From Candidatus Pacearchaeota archaeon (GTDB lineage Archaea; Nanobdellota; Nanobdellia; Pacearchaeales; GW2011-AR1), in assembly GCA_041649755.1 (NCBI GenBank), contig JBAZMK010000002.1, positions 26,247-90,246 on the forward strand: a DNA stretch of 64,000 nucleotides, written 5' to 3'. The notes beneath the pieces were generated by a model that did not search any database, was not told where the DNA came from, and saw only the letters and a list, made by a program, of their open reading frames with translations. Shown piece by piece: positions 17,823 through 26,745 of the stretch (position 1 is its first letter; every line of letters begins with the position of its first letter). The position numbers and the translations under genes are program-made.

Positions 17823-18719
17823 ATGTTTGATGTAGTCAGTTTCGGTTCCGCCCTTATAGATATATTTGTCAACACAGGAATATCAGAAGAAAAAGGATTT
17901 ATGTATTACCCCTTAGGAGAAAAAATCCAAATCAAAGAACTCCGATTTGACATAGGTGGCGGAGGAACAAACACTGCAGTAGCCTTCTCAAGACTGGGGT
18001 TAAAAACTGGATATGTAGGAAAAGTCGGAGACGATGAAAGCGGAGAAAAAGTTATTAAAATGTTGAAAAAGGAAAAAATAAAATTTCTGGGAAAAATAGA
18101 AAAAGGAAAAATTACTGGGCACTCAATAATCCTTGATGGCAAAGGTGGAGAAAGAACAATTTTAGTATACAAAGGAGTTAACGATGAAATAATTATGAAG
18201 GATATAAAGAGGTTTAAAACAAAATGGCTCTATTTTAGTTCATCAAGAGGCAAAAGCTTTCAGACAAAAAAAGAATTAATAGGAATATTAAAGAAAAGGG
18301 GGGTAAAACTCGCATTCAATCCTAGTGCCTACTTAATAAAAAAAGAGAACATAAGCTATCTGCTAAAAATGACTGATATCTTAATCCTTAATAAAGAAGA
18401 AGCACAAATGCTCGTCGGAAAAAGAGAAAAAGACTTGCTTAAGGGACTAAACAAACTTGGTCCAAAGATTATTGTAATAACAGACAAAAACAAATTGATA
18501 AGTTGTTACGACGGAAACAAAAAATATTTTCTAAAACCTAACAAAATAAAAGTTGTTGAAAGAACTGGTGCTGGAGACGCCTTCTCTTCAGGCTTCGTAG
18601 CTGGTCAAATTGCAGGAAAATCAATTGAGTATAGCTTAAGGCTCGGATTAAGAGAAAGCGAATCTGTAATTCAACACTTCGGAGCTAAGAATAATCTAAT
18701 AAGAGAAAAAATAAAATGA
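17823..18719 (+). CDS. PfkB-family carbohydrate kinase (possible 6-phosphofructokinase/ribokinase-like)
   Basis: It has the 'GGGGTNTAVA' and 'GAGDAFSSGFVAG' pfkB signatures. GGTGA lies 5 nt upstream of ATG 17823. It sits next to fba and tpi. Confidence 0.7.
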   Translation: MFDVVSFGSALIDIFVNTGISEEKGFMYYPLGEKIQIKELRFDIGGGGTNTAVAFSRLGLKTGYVGKVGDDESGEKVIKMLKKEKIKFLGKIEKGKITGHSIILDGKGGERTILVYKGVNDEIIMKDIKRFKTKWLYFSSSRGKSFQTKKELIGILKKRGVKLAFNPSAYLIKKENISYLLKMTDILILNKEEAQMLVGKREKDLLKGLNKLGPKIIVITDKNKLISCYDGNKKYFLKPNKIKVVERTGAGDAFSSGFVAGQIAGKSIEYSLRLGLRESESVIQHFGAKNNLIREKIK

Positions 18720-19462
18720 ACTTAAACAAAATTACGAAAAAAGGAAAGGCGTTGTTTCTTGCATACGACCAAGGTTTAGAGCACGGACCAACAGATTTCA
18801 ACGATAAAAATGTAGACCCAAATTATATAATTGATATCGCGAAAAAAGGAAAATATACTGGATTGGTCTTCCAGAAAGGAATTGCTGAAAAGTACAACAA
18901 AGAGATAAAAAAATCAGGGGTCCCATTAATAGTGAAACTAAACGGAAAAACAAATTTAGTCGGAGGCGAACCAGTTTCAACACAAATTTGCAGTGTAGAT
19001 GAATCAATAAAACTTGGAGCAAAAGCTGTCGGCTACACTATTTACATAGGAAGCCAGTACGAATCAAAAATGATGAAAGAATTTTCCGCAATTCAAAAAG
19101 AAGCACACTCAAAAGGATTACCAGTAATTGTATGGGTCTACCCGCGGGGGAAATCCGTTGAAAAAACTCCGAAAAAAGAGCTAATGGCTTACGCCTGTCG
19201 TGTTGGATTAGAAATAGGAGCAGACATAATAAAAATAGTTTACGACGGAAACCAAAAAGACTTAGAATGGGCAGTGAAATCTGCAGGAAAAACTAAGGTA
19301 GTAATCGCTGGAGGAGCAAAGAAAAGCGAAAAATTATTCCTAAAACAAGTCCAGGAATTAAATAGCGCTGGAGCAATTGGTCTAGCTATAGGTAGAAATA
19401 TCTGGCAGTCCACCAATCCTCTAGCAATAACAGAAAAAATAAAAAAAATAATCTGGAAATGA
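18716..19462 (+). CDS. fba: Class I fructose-bisphosphate aldolase (archaeal DhnA/FbaB type)
   Basis: It is 248 aa with 'LAYDQGLEHGP' and a TIM-barrel lysine region 'ADIIKIVY', typical of DhnA-family aldolases. Confidence 0.7.
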   Translation: MNLNKITKKGKALFLAYDQGLEHGPTDFNDKNVDPNYIIDIAKKGKYTGLVFQKGIAEKYNKEIKKSGVPLIVKLNGKTNLVGGEPVSTQICSVDESIKLGAKAVGYTIYIGSQYESKMMKEFSAIQKEAHSKGLPVIVWVYPRGKSVEKTPKKELMAYACRVGLEIGADIIKIVYDGNQKDLEWAVKSAGKTKVVIAGGAKKSEKLFLKQVQELNSAGAIGLAIGRNIWQSTNPLAITEKIKKIIWK

Positions 19463-20085
19463 AACCAATAATTCTAATCAATTTCAAAACGTACAACTAT
19501 GGAAAAATAGCCATTGCTTTAGCTAAGGAAATAGAAAAAGTAAACAAAAATATAATTATCGCAGTTCAGCCGACAGACATAAAAGAAATTTCATCAAAGA
19601 CAAAACTGAAAGTATACTCCCAACATGTTGACTCTGCTAAACCTGAAAGAGCAACAGGATTCATTACACCAGAATCTGTGAAAAGCGTCGGAGCTTCAGG
19701 AGTTTTACTAAACCATTCTGAACACCAAATTGATTTTAAGACTCTCAAAGAAACGATAAAAAGGTGTAAGAAGATAAAATTAAATACCGCTATCTTCGCT
19801 TCAGGGCTAAAGGAAGCAAAAAAAATAGAAAAACTTAAACCAACTTTTTTAATTTATGAACCGCCAGAATTAGTCGGAGGAAAAATTTCCGTCTCCTCAT
19901 CAAAGCCCGAAATCATAAGTAAAATTGCAAAATCGATAAAGACAAAATTTCTTGTCGGAGCAGGAATAAAAACAAAAGAAGATATAAAAAACTCCATTAA
20001 ACTCGGTGCATCTGGAGTCGCCTTCGCTTCAGTTATCACAACAGCAAAAAATCCCAAAAAGACTCTAAAAGAATTATTAATTTAA
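19459..20085 (+). CDS. tpiA: Triosephosphate isomerase (short archaeal type)
   Basis: It has 'IILINFKTY' and 'EPPELVGG', and at 208 aa matches the archaeal TIM length. Confidence 0.8.
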   Translation: MKPIILINFKTYNYGKIAIALAKEIEKVNKNIIIAVQPTDIKEISSKTKLKVYSQHVDSAKPERATGFITPESVKSVGASGVLLNHSEHQIDFKTLKETIKRCKKIKLNTAIFASGLKEAKKIEKLKPTFLIYEPPELVGGKISVSSSKPEIISKIAKSIKTKFLVGAGIKTKEDIKNSIKLGASGVAFASVITTAKNPKKTLKELLI

Positions 20086-20928
20086 AGAGTCACTTATTTT
20101 ACCAATCTGCTCTATCAAATCACTTGCCATCAAAGAATTTTTTCTTTTGGTCATTTCACCTGCTTTCCCATTTATATATGCCCCTGCACAGGCTGAATCA
20201 AATAAATCATTCCCTTGAGCAATTAACCCGCCGACAACCCCTGCTAAAACATCTCCTGTACCACCTTTAGTCATATGGGGTGTCCCTGTTTTATTTATTG
20301 CCACCTTATTTCCATCACTTATCACATCTACATTCCCTTTCAACAAAATAATTGTTCCTAATCTCCTTGCTTCTTCCTTAACTACATTGATCCTTTGCTC
20401 CAAATTATCCCCAACTTTTCTCCCAGTTAAAACAAAAAACTCTCCTGCATGAGGAGTCAGAACAAAATTATTCAAATTCATTCCTTCTTTAAGTGCATAA
20501 ACTGCATCTGCATCAATCACCCCCCTCAATTTTGTCACCTTCAAGAAACCTCTAACAAAATAAAGAGTCTCTTTTTCCCTGCAGATTCCACCTCCAATCA
20601 CAAAACCAGTTTTATTCTTACTTTCTCTTTCAAGGATTTTTAAATGCCCCCTATTTATAAATTTCCCATCTAAAGGAATCGTTATAATATCTGGAGAATA
20701 GCTAGCAATTATATTTGAAACTCTCCTTGGCGACGCAACTTCTACAACATCTGTCCCTGAACGCAAACTTGCAATTGCAGAAAGGGCATTAAACATTACA
20801 CTCCCTGAATACTTCTCACTTCCTCCTACTACCAGAAGCCTTCCAAAATCCCCTTTCTTACTCCACGCCCCCCTTTTTTTATAAACCTTCTTTAGAATCA
20901 AACTCTTTATTTGAACTACCATCATCAA
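20077..20928 (-). CDS. nnr: ADP-dependent NAD(P)H-hydrate dehydratase (YjeF C-terminal domain, Nnr2)
   Basis: It has 'GDFGRLLVVGGSEKYSGS' and 'GGTGDVLAGVVGGLIAQG'. Confidence 0.75.
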   Translation of the reverse strand: MMMVVQIKSLILKKVYKKRGAWSKKGDFGRLLVVGGSEKYSGSVMFNALSAIASLRSGTDVVEVASPRRVSNIIASYSPDIITIPLDGKFINRGHLKILERESKNKTGFVIGGGICREKETLYFVRGFLKVTKLRGVIDADAVYALKEGMNLNNFVLTPHAGEFFVLTGRKVGDNLEQRINVVKEEARRLGTIILLKGNVDVISDGNKVAINKTGTPHMTKGGTGDVLAGVVGGLIAQGNDLFDSACAGAYINGKAGEMTKRKNSLMASDLIEQIGKISDSLN

Positions 20929-20949
20929 AATTATTCCGTTTATTTTCTT

Positions 20950-21690
20950 TTACAAATGACAAGTCCAGCCACCATCAATAGTAATAATAGAACCAGTCAT
21001 ATAACTGCACTCATCAGAAGACAAATAAACTGCTAAACCTCCAAGCTCTTCAGCATTACCTGCCCTCTTTAACAAAACAGAATTACTAACCAACGCCCTC
21101 GTCCCTTTATCATTCAGAAGACCTTTTGTCATCGGACTCACAAACATCCCAGGACAAATAGCATTAACATTTATTCCTTTTGAAGCATACTCTACTGCCA
21201 TCGTCTTAGTAAGTTGAATAACTGCCCCCTTGCTTGCATTATACGCCGCAGAACCTGCAAAAGCGTGATGCCCTGCAACAGAAGCCACATTAATAATCTT
21301 AGAACCATTCCTCATAAAAGGAACACAATACTTCGCCAGTAAAAAATACCCTGTAAGATTTATACTTATTAACCTGTCCCACCTTTCTTTAGTCGTAGAA
21401 TTTATAGGTGTTGGATAAAAAACGCCCGCATTATTAATCAAAATGTCTATCCTGCCAAAATCTCTCTTTACAAAACCAACAGCATCTTTTACATTAAATT
21501 CATCAGACATATCTACCTTATAAAACTTAGACTTGGTCTTTATTTTCCTAGCAACCCTTTCCCCCTCAACTTCCTTAACATCAAAAATAGCCACCTTAGC
21601 CCCCTGCTTAGACAAAGCTAAAGCCATCGCCTCACCAAGACCCCCAGAAGCACCAGTCACTAAAGCCACCTTATTTTTTAAGTCAAACAT
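20950..21690 (-). CDS. Short-chain dehydrogenase/reductase (3-oxoacyl-ACP reductase-like)
   Basis: It has 'ALVTGASGGLGEAMA' and the YxxxK motif 'YNASKGAV'. An alternative upstream start lies at 21714. Confidence 0.75.
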   Translation of the reverse strand: MFDLKNKVALVTGASGGLGEAMALALSKQGAKVAIFDVKEVEGERVARKIKTKSKFYKVDMSDEFNVKDAVGFVKRDFGRIDILINNAGVFYPTPINSTTKERWDRLISINLTGYFLLAKYCVPFMRNGSKIINVASVAGHHAFAGSAAYNASKGAVIQLTKTMAVEYASKGINVNAICPGMFVSPMTKGLLNDKGTRALVSNSVLLKRAGNAEELGGLAVYLSSDECSYMTGSIITIDGGWTCHL

Positions 21691-21734
21691 TTTATCACCC
21701 TCCATCAAAAGCAAAAAGAGTTTTTAAATTTTTC

Positions 21735-22109
21735 TTAAACAATCTCCAACTTCTTTTTCCCGCGAATAACCATTTTCTTGTTCTTAACCTTCTTTTTAAG
21801 TCCTTTATCAAGAGTTGCAAGAACAATATCTTTGCCAAAAAGGTAATCTGAAATTCCCTTATCCACATTGGGATTCTTTAACTCAACGTAGGTTGGCTCT
21901 AAAAGATTTAATATTTCTAAACCAATTTTAGCGGAATTTCTATCTGCAATATTAATATCCTTCCTCATTTGCAGTTCTTCCAGTTCACCGACCACTCCTA
22001 TAGGAACAATCCACTCAATTTTTCTCTCCAAAAAAAACTCTGCACTCGCAAGGTCAATCTTCTGTTTAGCACAGGCAACGATAAAATTAGTATCTAACAA
22101 AACCATCAT
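21735..22109 (-). CDS. PIN-domain nuclease, Fcf1/Utp24-like (archaeal rRNA-processing type)
   Basis: It has 'LLDTNFIVACAKQKIDLASAEF...IVPIGVVGELEEL' and a basic C-terminal tail 'KKMVIRGKKKLEIV', resembling archaeal Fcf1 homologs. Confidence 0.55.
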   Translation of the reverse strand: MMVLLDTNFIVACAKQKIDLASAEFFLERKIEWIVPIGVVGELEELQMRKDINIADRNSAKIGLEILNLLEPTYVELKNPNVDKGISDYLFGKDIVLATLDKGLKKKVKNKKMVIRGKKKLEIV

Positions 22110-22158
22110 ATAAATCTATATTGCGAAGATTTATATAATTTACCTTATAAAAAATATT

Positions 22159-22719
22159 ATGGAAGAGGAAGAGAATATATTAAGAATTCTAATAGAAACC
22201 AAAAAAGCGTTCCAAAGAGATGACCCTTACGAACTAAAGCAACTTTCAAACCAGACTATTCATTCAGCAACAGTCTCTCAGGACGCAGATAATATAATTG
22301 TAGCTGTTTTAATCTATTCCTTAGGAAAAGTTTTAGAAAGAGCTAATTACAGAGAAATGTCCGGGTGGAAAGAGTTTTACAAAGCAACGGAAGAAAATCT
22401 TGACTCGGCTATAAACTCCTTACAAAATAAAGACATAGAAAAATGCAGAACCCATCTGGGAAAAATAAGAAACTATCTCAACAAAATCTCTGGAAATTTG
22501 GGGGAATACATAAAAGACATCTTTAGAAAAGCAGAAATAAACAAGGCCTTTAAAATTTACGAACACGGACTTTCTTCTGAACAAACAGCAAAACTACTTG
22601 GAGTAAGTCTTTGGGACCTATCTTCGTATATAGGACAATCAACAATATCCGAAGCAAAAGCCTCAATTAGTATGCCTGTAAAAAAAAGAATTAAAATTGC
22701 AGAAGACTTTTTAGAATGA
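22159..22719 (+). CDS. UPF0175 (COG2886)-like HTH protein with N-terminal extension; putative antitoxin-like partner
   Basis: The C-terminal 'KIYEHGLSSEQTAKLLGVSLWDLSSYIGQ' matches the UPF0175 HTH core. It overlaps the downstream PIN gene by 4 nt. Confidence 0.45.
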   Translation: MEEEENILRILIETKKAFQRDDPYELKQLSNQTIHSATVSQDADNIIVAVLIYSLGKVLERANYREMSGWKEFYKATEENLDSAINSLQNKDIEKCRTHLGKIRNYLNKISGNLGEYIKDIFRKAEINKAFKIYEHGLSSEQTAKLLGVSLWDLSSYIGQSTISEAKASISMPVKKRIKIAEDFLE

Positions 22720-23390
22720 AATATCTGATATTTGATGCGGGACCTATAATCTCTCTGACAATGAATGGGGTATTAGGAGTACTTGAAAAATTAAGAGAGA
22801 ATTTTGATGGAGAATTCATTTTAACCTCTTCTGTAAAAAAAGAAGTAATTGACAGACCATTAAAAATAAAAAAATACGCTCTTGAAGCAATTCAGGTACA
22901 GACTCTCCTTGATAAAAAAATATTTAGAATGGCTGAAGAAATAATTGACAGACAAGCTCTGGAAAAGGAAACAAAAAGAATACTTAAAATATCTTCAGGA
23001 ATTCTAAGAGTCTCTCATACTGGAGAAAAAATTAACTTAATTCAGGAAGGTGAAGCCTCCTGCATTGCATTTTCTCTTCTATGTGGGCAGGAAAATATTA
23101 TAGTAATAGATGAAAGAACAACGAGACTCTTAACAGAAGCCCCGCAAAATCTGGAATCTATAATGGAAAAAAAGCTCCACATTCCCCTGACCACAGAACC
23201 CTCATTAACTAAACAATTTAAAAACCTAAAATTTATACGTTCTTCTGAAATTCTGTTTATAGCTTACAAAAAAAATCTCCTCCCATTCAAAAAAGATAGA
23301 CAAACTCTTGATGCACTGCTATATGGAGTAAAAACAAAGGGAACGGCGATTTCCTCTTTAGAAATAGAAGAAATGAAAAAGATGATTTAA
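22716..23390 (+). CDS. PIN-like domain protein, COG2405/DUF3368 family, with C-terminal extension
   Basis: 'LIFDAGPIISLTMNGVLGVLEKL', 'EGEASCIAFS' and 'IIVIDERTTRLL' match the COG2405 predicted nucleic-acid-binding PIN layout. Confidence 0.5.
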   Translation: MKYLIFDAGPIISLTMNGVLGVLEKLRENFDGEFILTSSVKKEVIDRPLKIKKYALEAIQVQTLLDKKIFRMAEEIIDRQALEKETKRILKISSGILRVSHTGEKINLIQEGEASCIAFSLLCGQENIIVIDERTTRLLTEAPQNLESIMEKKLHIPLTTEPSLTKQFKNLKFIRSSEILFIAYKKNLLPFKKDRQTLDALLYGVKTKGTAISSLEIEEMKKMI

Positions 23391-23405
23391 CTCTAAAAGC
23401 AAGAC

Positions 23406-23413
23406 TTTAAAAA
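23406..23413 (+). promoter_or_regulatory. TATA-like box upstream of tRNA-Trp
   Basis: TTTAAAAA lies about 27 nt upstream of the tRNA 5' end. Confidence 0.35.
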
Positions 23414-23436
23414 ATAAAAAGTTCTTCTCAAATAAA

Positions 23437-23507
23437 GGGTTCATAGTTCAAAGGTAGAATTGCCGGCTCCAGACCGGCCGATGGGGGTTCGAGTCCTCCT
23501 GAGCCCA
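23437..23507 (+). tRNA. tRNA-Trp (anticodon CCA)
   Basis: It is a GC-rich island. The acceptor stem is GGGTTCA/TGAGCCC, the anticodon stem is GCCGG/CCGGC with loop CTCCAGA, and the T-loop is TTCGAGT. No intron is present. Confidence 0.8.
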
Positions 23508-23560
23508 TATTAAACTATTCTTCTGAAAACATTTATAAAGATTACAAACCTACTCTTTTT

Positions 23561-23980
23561 ATGGTGAAAAAAGAGGAAGATACGAGTTCTTTAAACAAAG
23601 AGAAACCTAAGAAGAAAATGACTGCTCAGGAAAGAGAACAACTTCTTATAGAAAACTTTGTCGGACTTCAGCACGCGATGACGAATCTTTCAATTAAGTT
23701 TAGTGCACTCTCCGAAAACATTAACAAACTACTACAGATTTTTGAAGAAGCTGCAAATAAATTTTCCCCCGAACCAGAAAGAAAAGAAATAATTAAAGAA
23801 CCTGGTAACGACTTAAATAAAGATTTAATAAGAAAAATTGACTCTCTGATAGACCAAAACAAAACGATAGCACAGGGTTTGGTGATTATGGAAGAAAAAC
23901 TTAGGTCTTCGGCAAGAGAAAACCCATATAGAGAAGAAACAATAAGTCATCTAAGACCTAGACCTCTCCCGAACATATGA
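23561..23980 (+). CDS. Hypothetical charged coiled-coil protein
   Basis: It is 139 aa and K/E-rich. It overlaps the downstream gene by 4 nt. Confidence 0.4.
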   Translation: MVKKEEDTSSLNKEKPKKKMTAQEREQLLIENFVGLQHAMTNLSIKFSALSENINKLLQIFEEAANKFSPEPERKEIIKEPGNDLNKDLIRKIDSLIDQNKTIAQGLVIMEEKLRSSARENPYREETISHLRPRPLPNI

Positions 23981-24780
23981 ACTCTAAACAAGTTTCACTT
24001 CTTGCAAAAAACCCTTTTATAAAGGCGTTCACACTTCAGATAATTAAAAATATAAAAGAAAGCAAGATTGACTATAAGTTTGAAGAAAAAATAGATATTG
24101 AACTCGTTCCAAAGTTCACAGAAAGAGGAAAACCTTCCATATTAGAGCCAAAAAAAGAAGAAAAAAGACCTATTCGATATCCACCCCTAATTTTCAGAAA
24201 AAAAGTATATGAAAAACCAAAAATCGAAAAAACCTCCAAATTTCAAATACCTGAAGGAGAAATCCCAAAAGAAGCACTCATTCCAAAGAAACCGATTATT
24301 GAAATTAAGCCAAAACTCATAGTTCTACCAAAAGTAACACAAATAGAGAAAAAACCAATTATAGAACCACCTAAGGAAAAGATTATTTCCCCCCCAAAAG
24401 TAATTCCTCACCCGATAATGAAAGTCGCGCCAAAAGTTCCTCCGATAATACAAAAATCTGCCCCTCAAATTAAAGAAAAAATCTTTCAGGGTAACGGCTT
24501 TGAACAATTAAAGCTCTTACTTGAAGACCCTTCAGTCTCCCTAATAGAGTGTACTGGAGCAAAAAAACCCCTGTCCGTAATAAGAAGAGGAAGAAAACAA
24601 CCTACAAAGATAATTCTAACCGAAGAAGAAATAAAAAAATACCTAAACGAAATATCAGAAAAAACCCATATCCCCCTTCTTGAAGGAGTCTTCAGAACAA
24701 TTATAGGACCTTTCTCAATCAATGCCGTTATATCAGAGATAATAGGCTCAAAATTTATAATAAAAAAACACCTCTTCTAA
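23977..24780 (+). CDS. Protein with Pro/Lys-rich N-terminal region and C-terminal FlaI/GspE-type N-terminal domain (T2SSE_N-like); no ATPase domain
   Basis: The C-terminal segment 'LLLEDPSVSLIECTGAKKPLSVIRRG...TKIILTEEEIKKYLNEISEKTHIPL...GSKFIIKK' parallels the FlaI/VirB11 N-domain. The ORF stops before any Walker A motif. Confidence 0.4.
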   Translation: MNSKQVSLLAKNPFIKAFTLQIIKNIKESKIDYKFEEKIDIELVPKFTERGKPSILEPKKEEKRPIRYPPLIFRKKVYEKPKIEKTSKFQIPEGEIPKEALIPKKPIIEIKPKLIVLPKVTQIEKKPIIEPPKEKIISPPKVIPHPIMKVAPKVPPIIQKSAPQIKEKIFQGNGFEQLKLLLEDPSVSLIECTGAKKPLSVIRRGRKQPTKIILTEEEIKKYLNEISEKTHIPLLEGVFRTIIGPFSINAVISEIIGSKFIIKKHLF

Positions 24781-24781
24781 A

Positions 24782-25063
24782 ATGGAAAAAGAAATTACAA
24801 AAGAAAAACTTAAAAAATACTTCAAAATAACTGAAACAGCCCTGGAAGAAGTCAAAAAAAACATTTTCAAAGGAAAGGAAAAAGAAGCAAAAGAGATAAT
24901 TGAAATGGTTGAGAACTATCTATCTGACGCTCGTCATTTTGAGAAAAAAGAGGACTTTGTAAATGCCTTCGCAGCAATAAACTACTCTCACGGCTGGATA
25001 GACTCGGGCGTAAGGTTAAAAATATTTAATGTGAACAACGATAAATTATTTACTATTAACTAA
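24782..25063 (+). CDS. DUF357-family archaeal protein
   Basis: The motif 'FVNAFAAINYSHGWIDSGVRL' matches the DUF357 signature. Confidence 0.5.
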   Translation: MEKEITKEKLKKYFKITETALEEVKKNIFKGKEKEAKEIIEMVENYLSDARHFEKKEDFVNAFAAINYSHGWIDSGVRLKIFNVNNDKLFTIN

Positions 25064-25387
25064 CCTTTCTTTAATTAAAATTACGATTCCATTAAAAAAA
25101 GAAGGCCAATTTGGACTATTATTAGATCGCCCGTCGTAAGGAACACCAACCAATTCTTCTATTCCATAACGCTCCCTACTTAGATCTCTAACCTCCACTC
25201 TACATTGAAAACTTCCTATAAAATTGGTTTCAACTTGATAATGAAAGATGTTATACCTTACTATTGTAGAGGAGAGCCTAAAAGTACGATAGCCTCCCTC
25301 TTCCGCAGGATTACACAAAAAATCATAAAAACCCCTTGCAAGAGACTCTTCAGAAAGACCTTCTGGTACCCTACGAACTCTTCCCAT
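25046..25387 (-). CDS. Hypothetical protein (locally GC-richer, low-lysine)
   Basis: It is a 113-aa ORF. Its composition is atypical for this genome and no family was recognised. Confidence 0.4.
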   Translation of the reverse strand: MGRVRRVPEGLSEESLARGFYDFLCNPAEEGGYRTFRLSSTIVRYNIFHYQVETNFIGSFQCRVEVRDLSRERYGIEELVGVPYDGRSNNSPNWPSFFNGIVILIKERLVNSK

Positions 25388-25464
25388 ACTCTTTAAAAGT
25401 TTTCACTATTAATAATTTTTTCTATTTTCAAAATATATATAAACGACCTCTCCTAAACCAGAAT

Positions 25465-26154
25465 ATGGAAAAAATATGGGTGATAAGTCTAGGGGGCTCA
25501 AGAATCGCTCCAAATAAAGTTGATGAAAAATTTTTAAAAGAATTTAAAAAATTAATAGAAAAACATTCAGAAAAGAGATTTGTTATTGTCACTGGAGGGG
25601 GTTTTACAGCAAGGAATTACATAAATGCCCTGAGAAATTTCAAAAAGGATACTGAACAACAATCTCTTATTGGAAGCTCAATAACAAGATTCCATGCAGA
25701 ATTTATGTCAAGAATATTCGGGGAAAAGGCAAACCCTCCAGAAAAAGTCCCAAAAAACATGAGAAAAGTCAAAAATCTGCTAAGAAAAAACCAAGTAGTC
25801 TTCTGTGGTGCGTTAAGATGGGAACCCCATAAAACTTCTGACGGAACAGCCGCCGAAATCGCAAATCACTTAAAATGTAAATTAATAAACCTGACAAATG
25901 TTGAAGGACTTTACACATCAGACCCCAGAAAAAACAAAAAAGCTAAAAAAATTCCGAGAATATCTTGGAAAGAATTCAATAGAATTACACAAAAAATAAA
26001 ATTTCAAGCAGGACAAAATTTCATTTTAGACCAGGACGCAGCAAAAACTATCATGAAAAACAAAATCCCTGCCTACATTCTAAAAGACTTAAAAGAAATG
26101 GACAAGGTACTAAACGGAAAAGAAAATTTTAAAGGTACCTTAATCAAAGGATAA
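25465..26154 (+). CDS. pyrH: Uridylate (UMP) kinase, archaeal type
   Basis: It has the amino-acid-kinase fold motifs 'WVISLGGSRI' and 'VTGGGFTARNYI'. The start is set at ATG 25465. Confidence 0.65.
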   Translation: MEKIWVISLGGSRIAPNKVDEKFLKEFKKLIEKHSEKRFVIVTGGGFTARNYINALRNFKKDTEQQSLIGSSITRFHAEFMSRIFGEKANPPEKVPKNMRKVKNLLRKNQVVFCGALRWEPHKTSDGTAAEIANHLKCKLINLTNVEGLYTSDPRKNKKAKKIPRISWKEFNRITQKIKFQAGQNFILDQDAAKTIMKNKIPAYILKDLKEMDKVLNGKENFKGTLIKG

Positions 26155-26184
26155 AAATAAAAACATAAAATTCCTATCAAAACA

Positions 26185-26745
26185 ATGAAAGACATAAACT
26201 TCTTACCATTAAAAGATTCTATCTATTTGAAAAAAATTTCAAACAAATCTGAAATTTCATCTAAAGACTCCTGCGAAGGTTACTTAATAGATACTAATGA
26301 AAAGGAATCAAGAAGAATAATAGACTTTCTAAAAGGAAAAAAGAAAATTTTAGCAGTTTTAGGAAGAGACAACTCTTTCAATAGAAGAGCAATTGAAACT
26401 TTAAAGATTGATTACCTTGTCTCGCCAGAAATCGGAGAGAGAAAAGACACACTCAAACAGAAAGATTCGGGATTAAACCACATCATAGCAAAAGAATCAG
26501 CGAAAAAAGGAATCGCTATAGTTATCCCCCTCTTTGAAATCTCAAAAATAGATAAAGAAAAAAAAGCCCTGAGACTTTCAAGAATAGCTCAAAATATAAA
26601 GATCTGCAGAAGAGCAAAATGCGAAATAAAAATAGCCAATCTTTCAGAAGACAAAAAAAACCTTATCAATGAAATAGGAAGAAGATCTTTGGGCTTGAGC
26701 TTGGGCATGTCTACAGAACAGGCAAAAAAGGCAACAAACTTCTAA
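26185..26745 (+). CDS. rnp3: Ribonuclease P protein component 3 (Rpp30-like)
   Basis: At 186 aa its size and motif pattern are consistent with archaeal Rpp30. Assignment is by motif memory only. Confidence 0.4.
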   Translation: MKDINFLPLKDSIYLKKISNKSEISSKDSCEGYLIDTNEKESRRIIDFLKGKKKILAVLGRDNSFNRRAIETLKIDYLVSPEIGERKDTLKQKDSGLNHIIAKESAKKGIAIVIPLFEISKIDKEKKALRLSRIAQNIKICRRAKCEIKIANLSEDKKNLINEIGRRSLGLSLGMSTEQAKKATNF

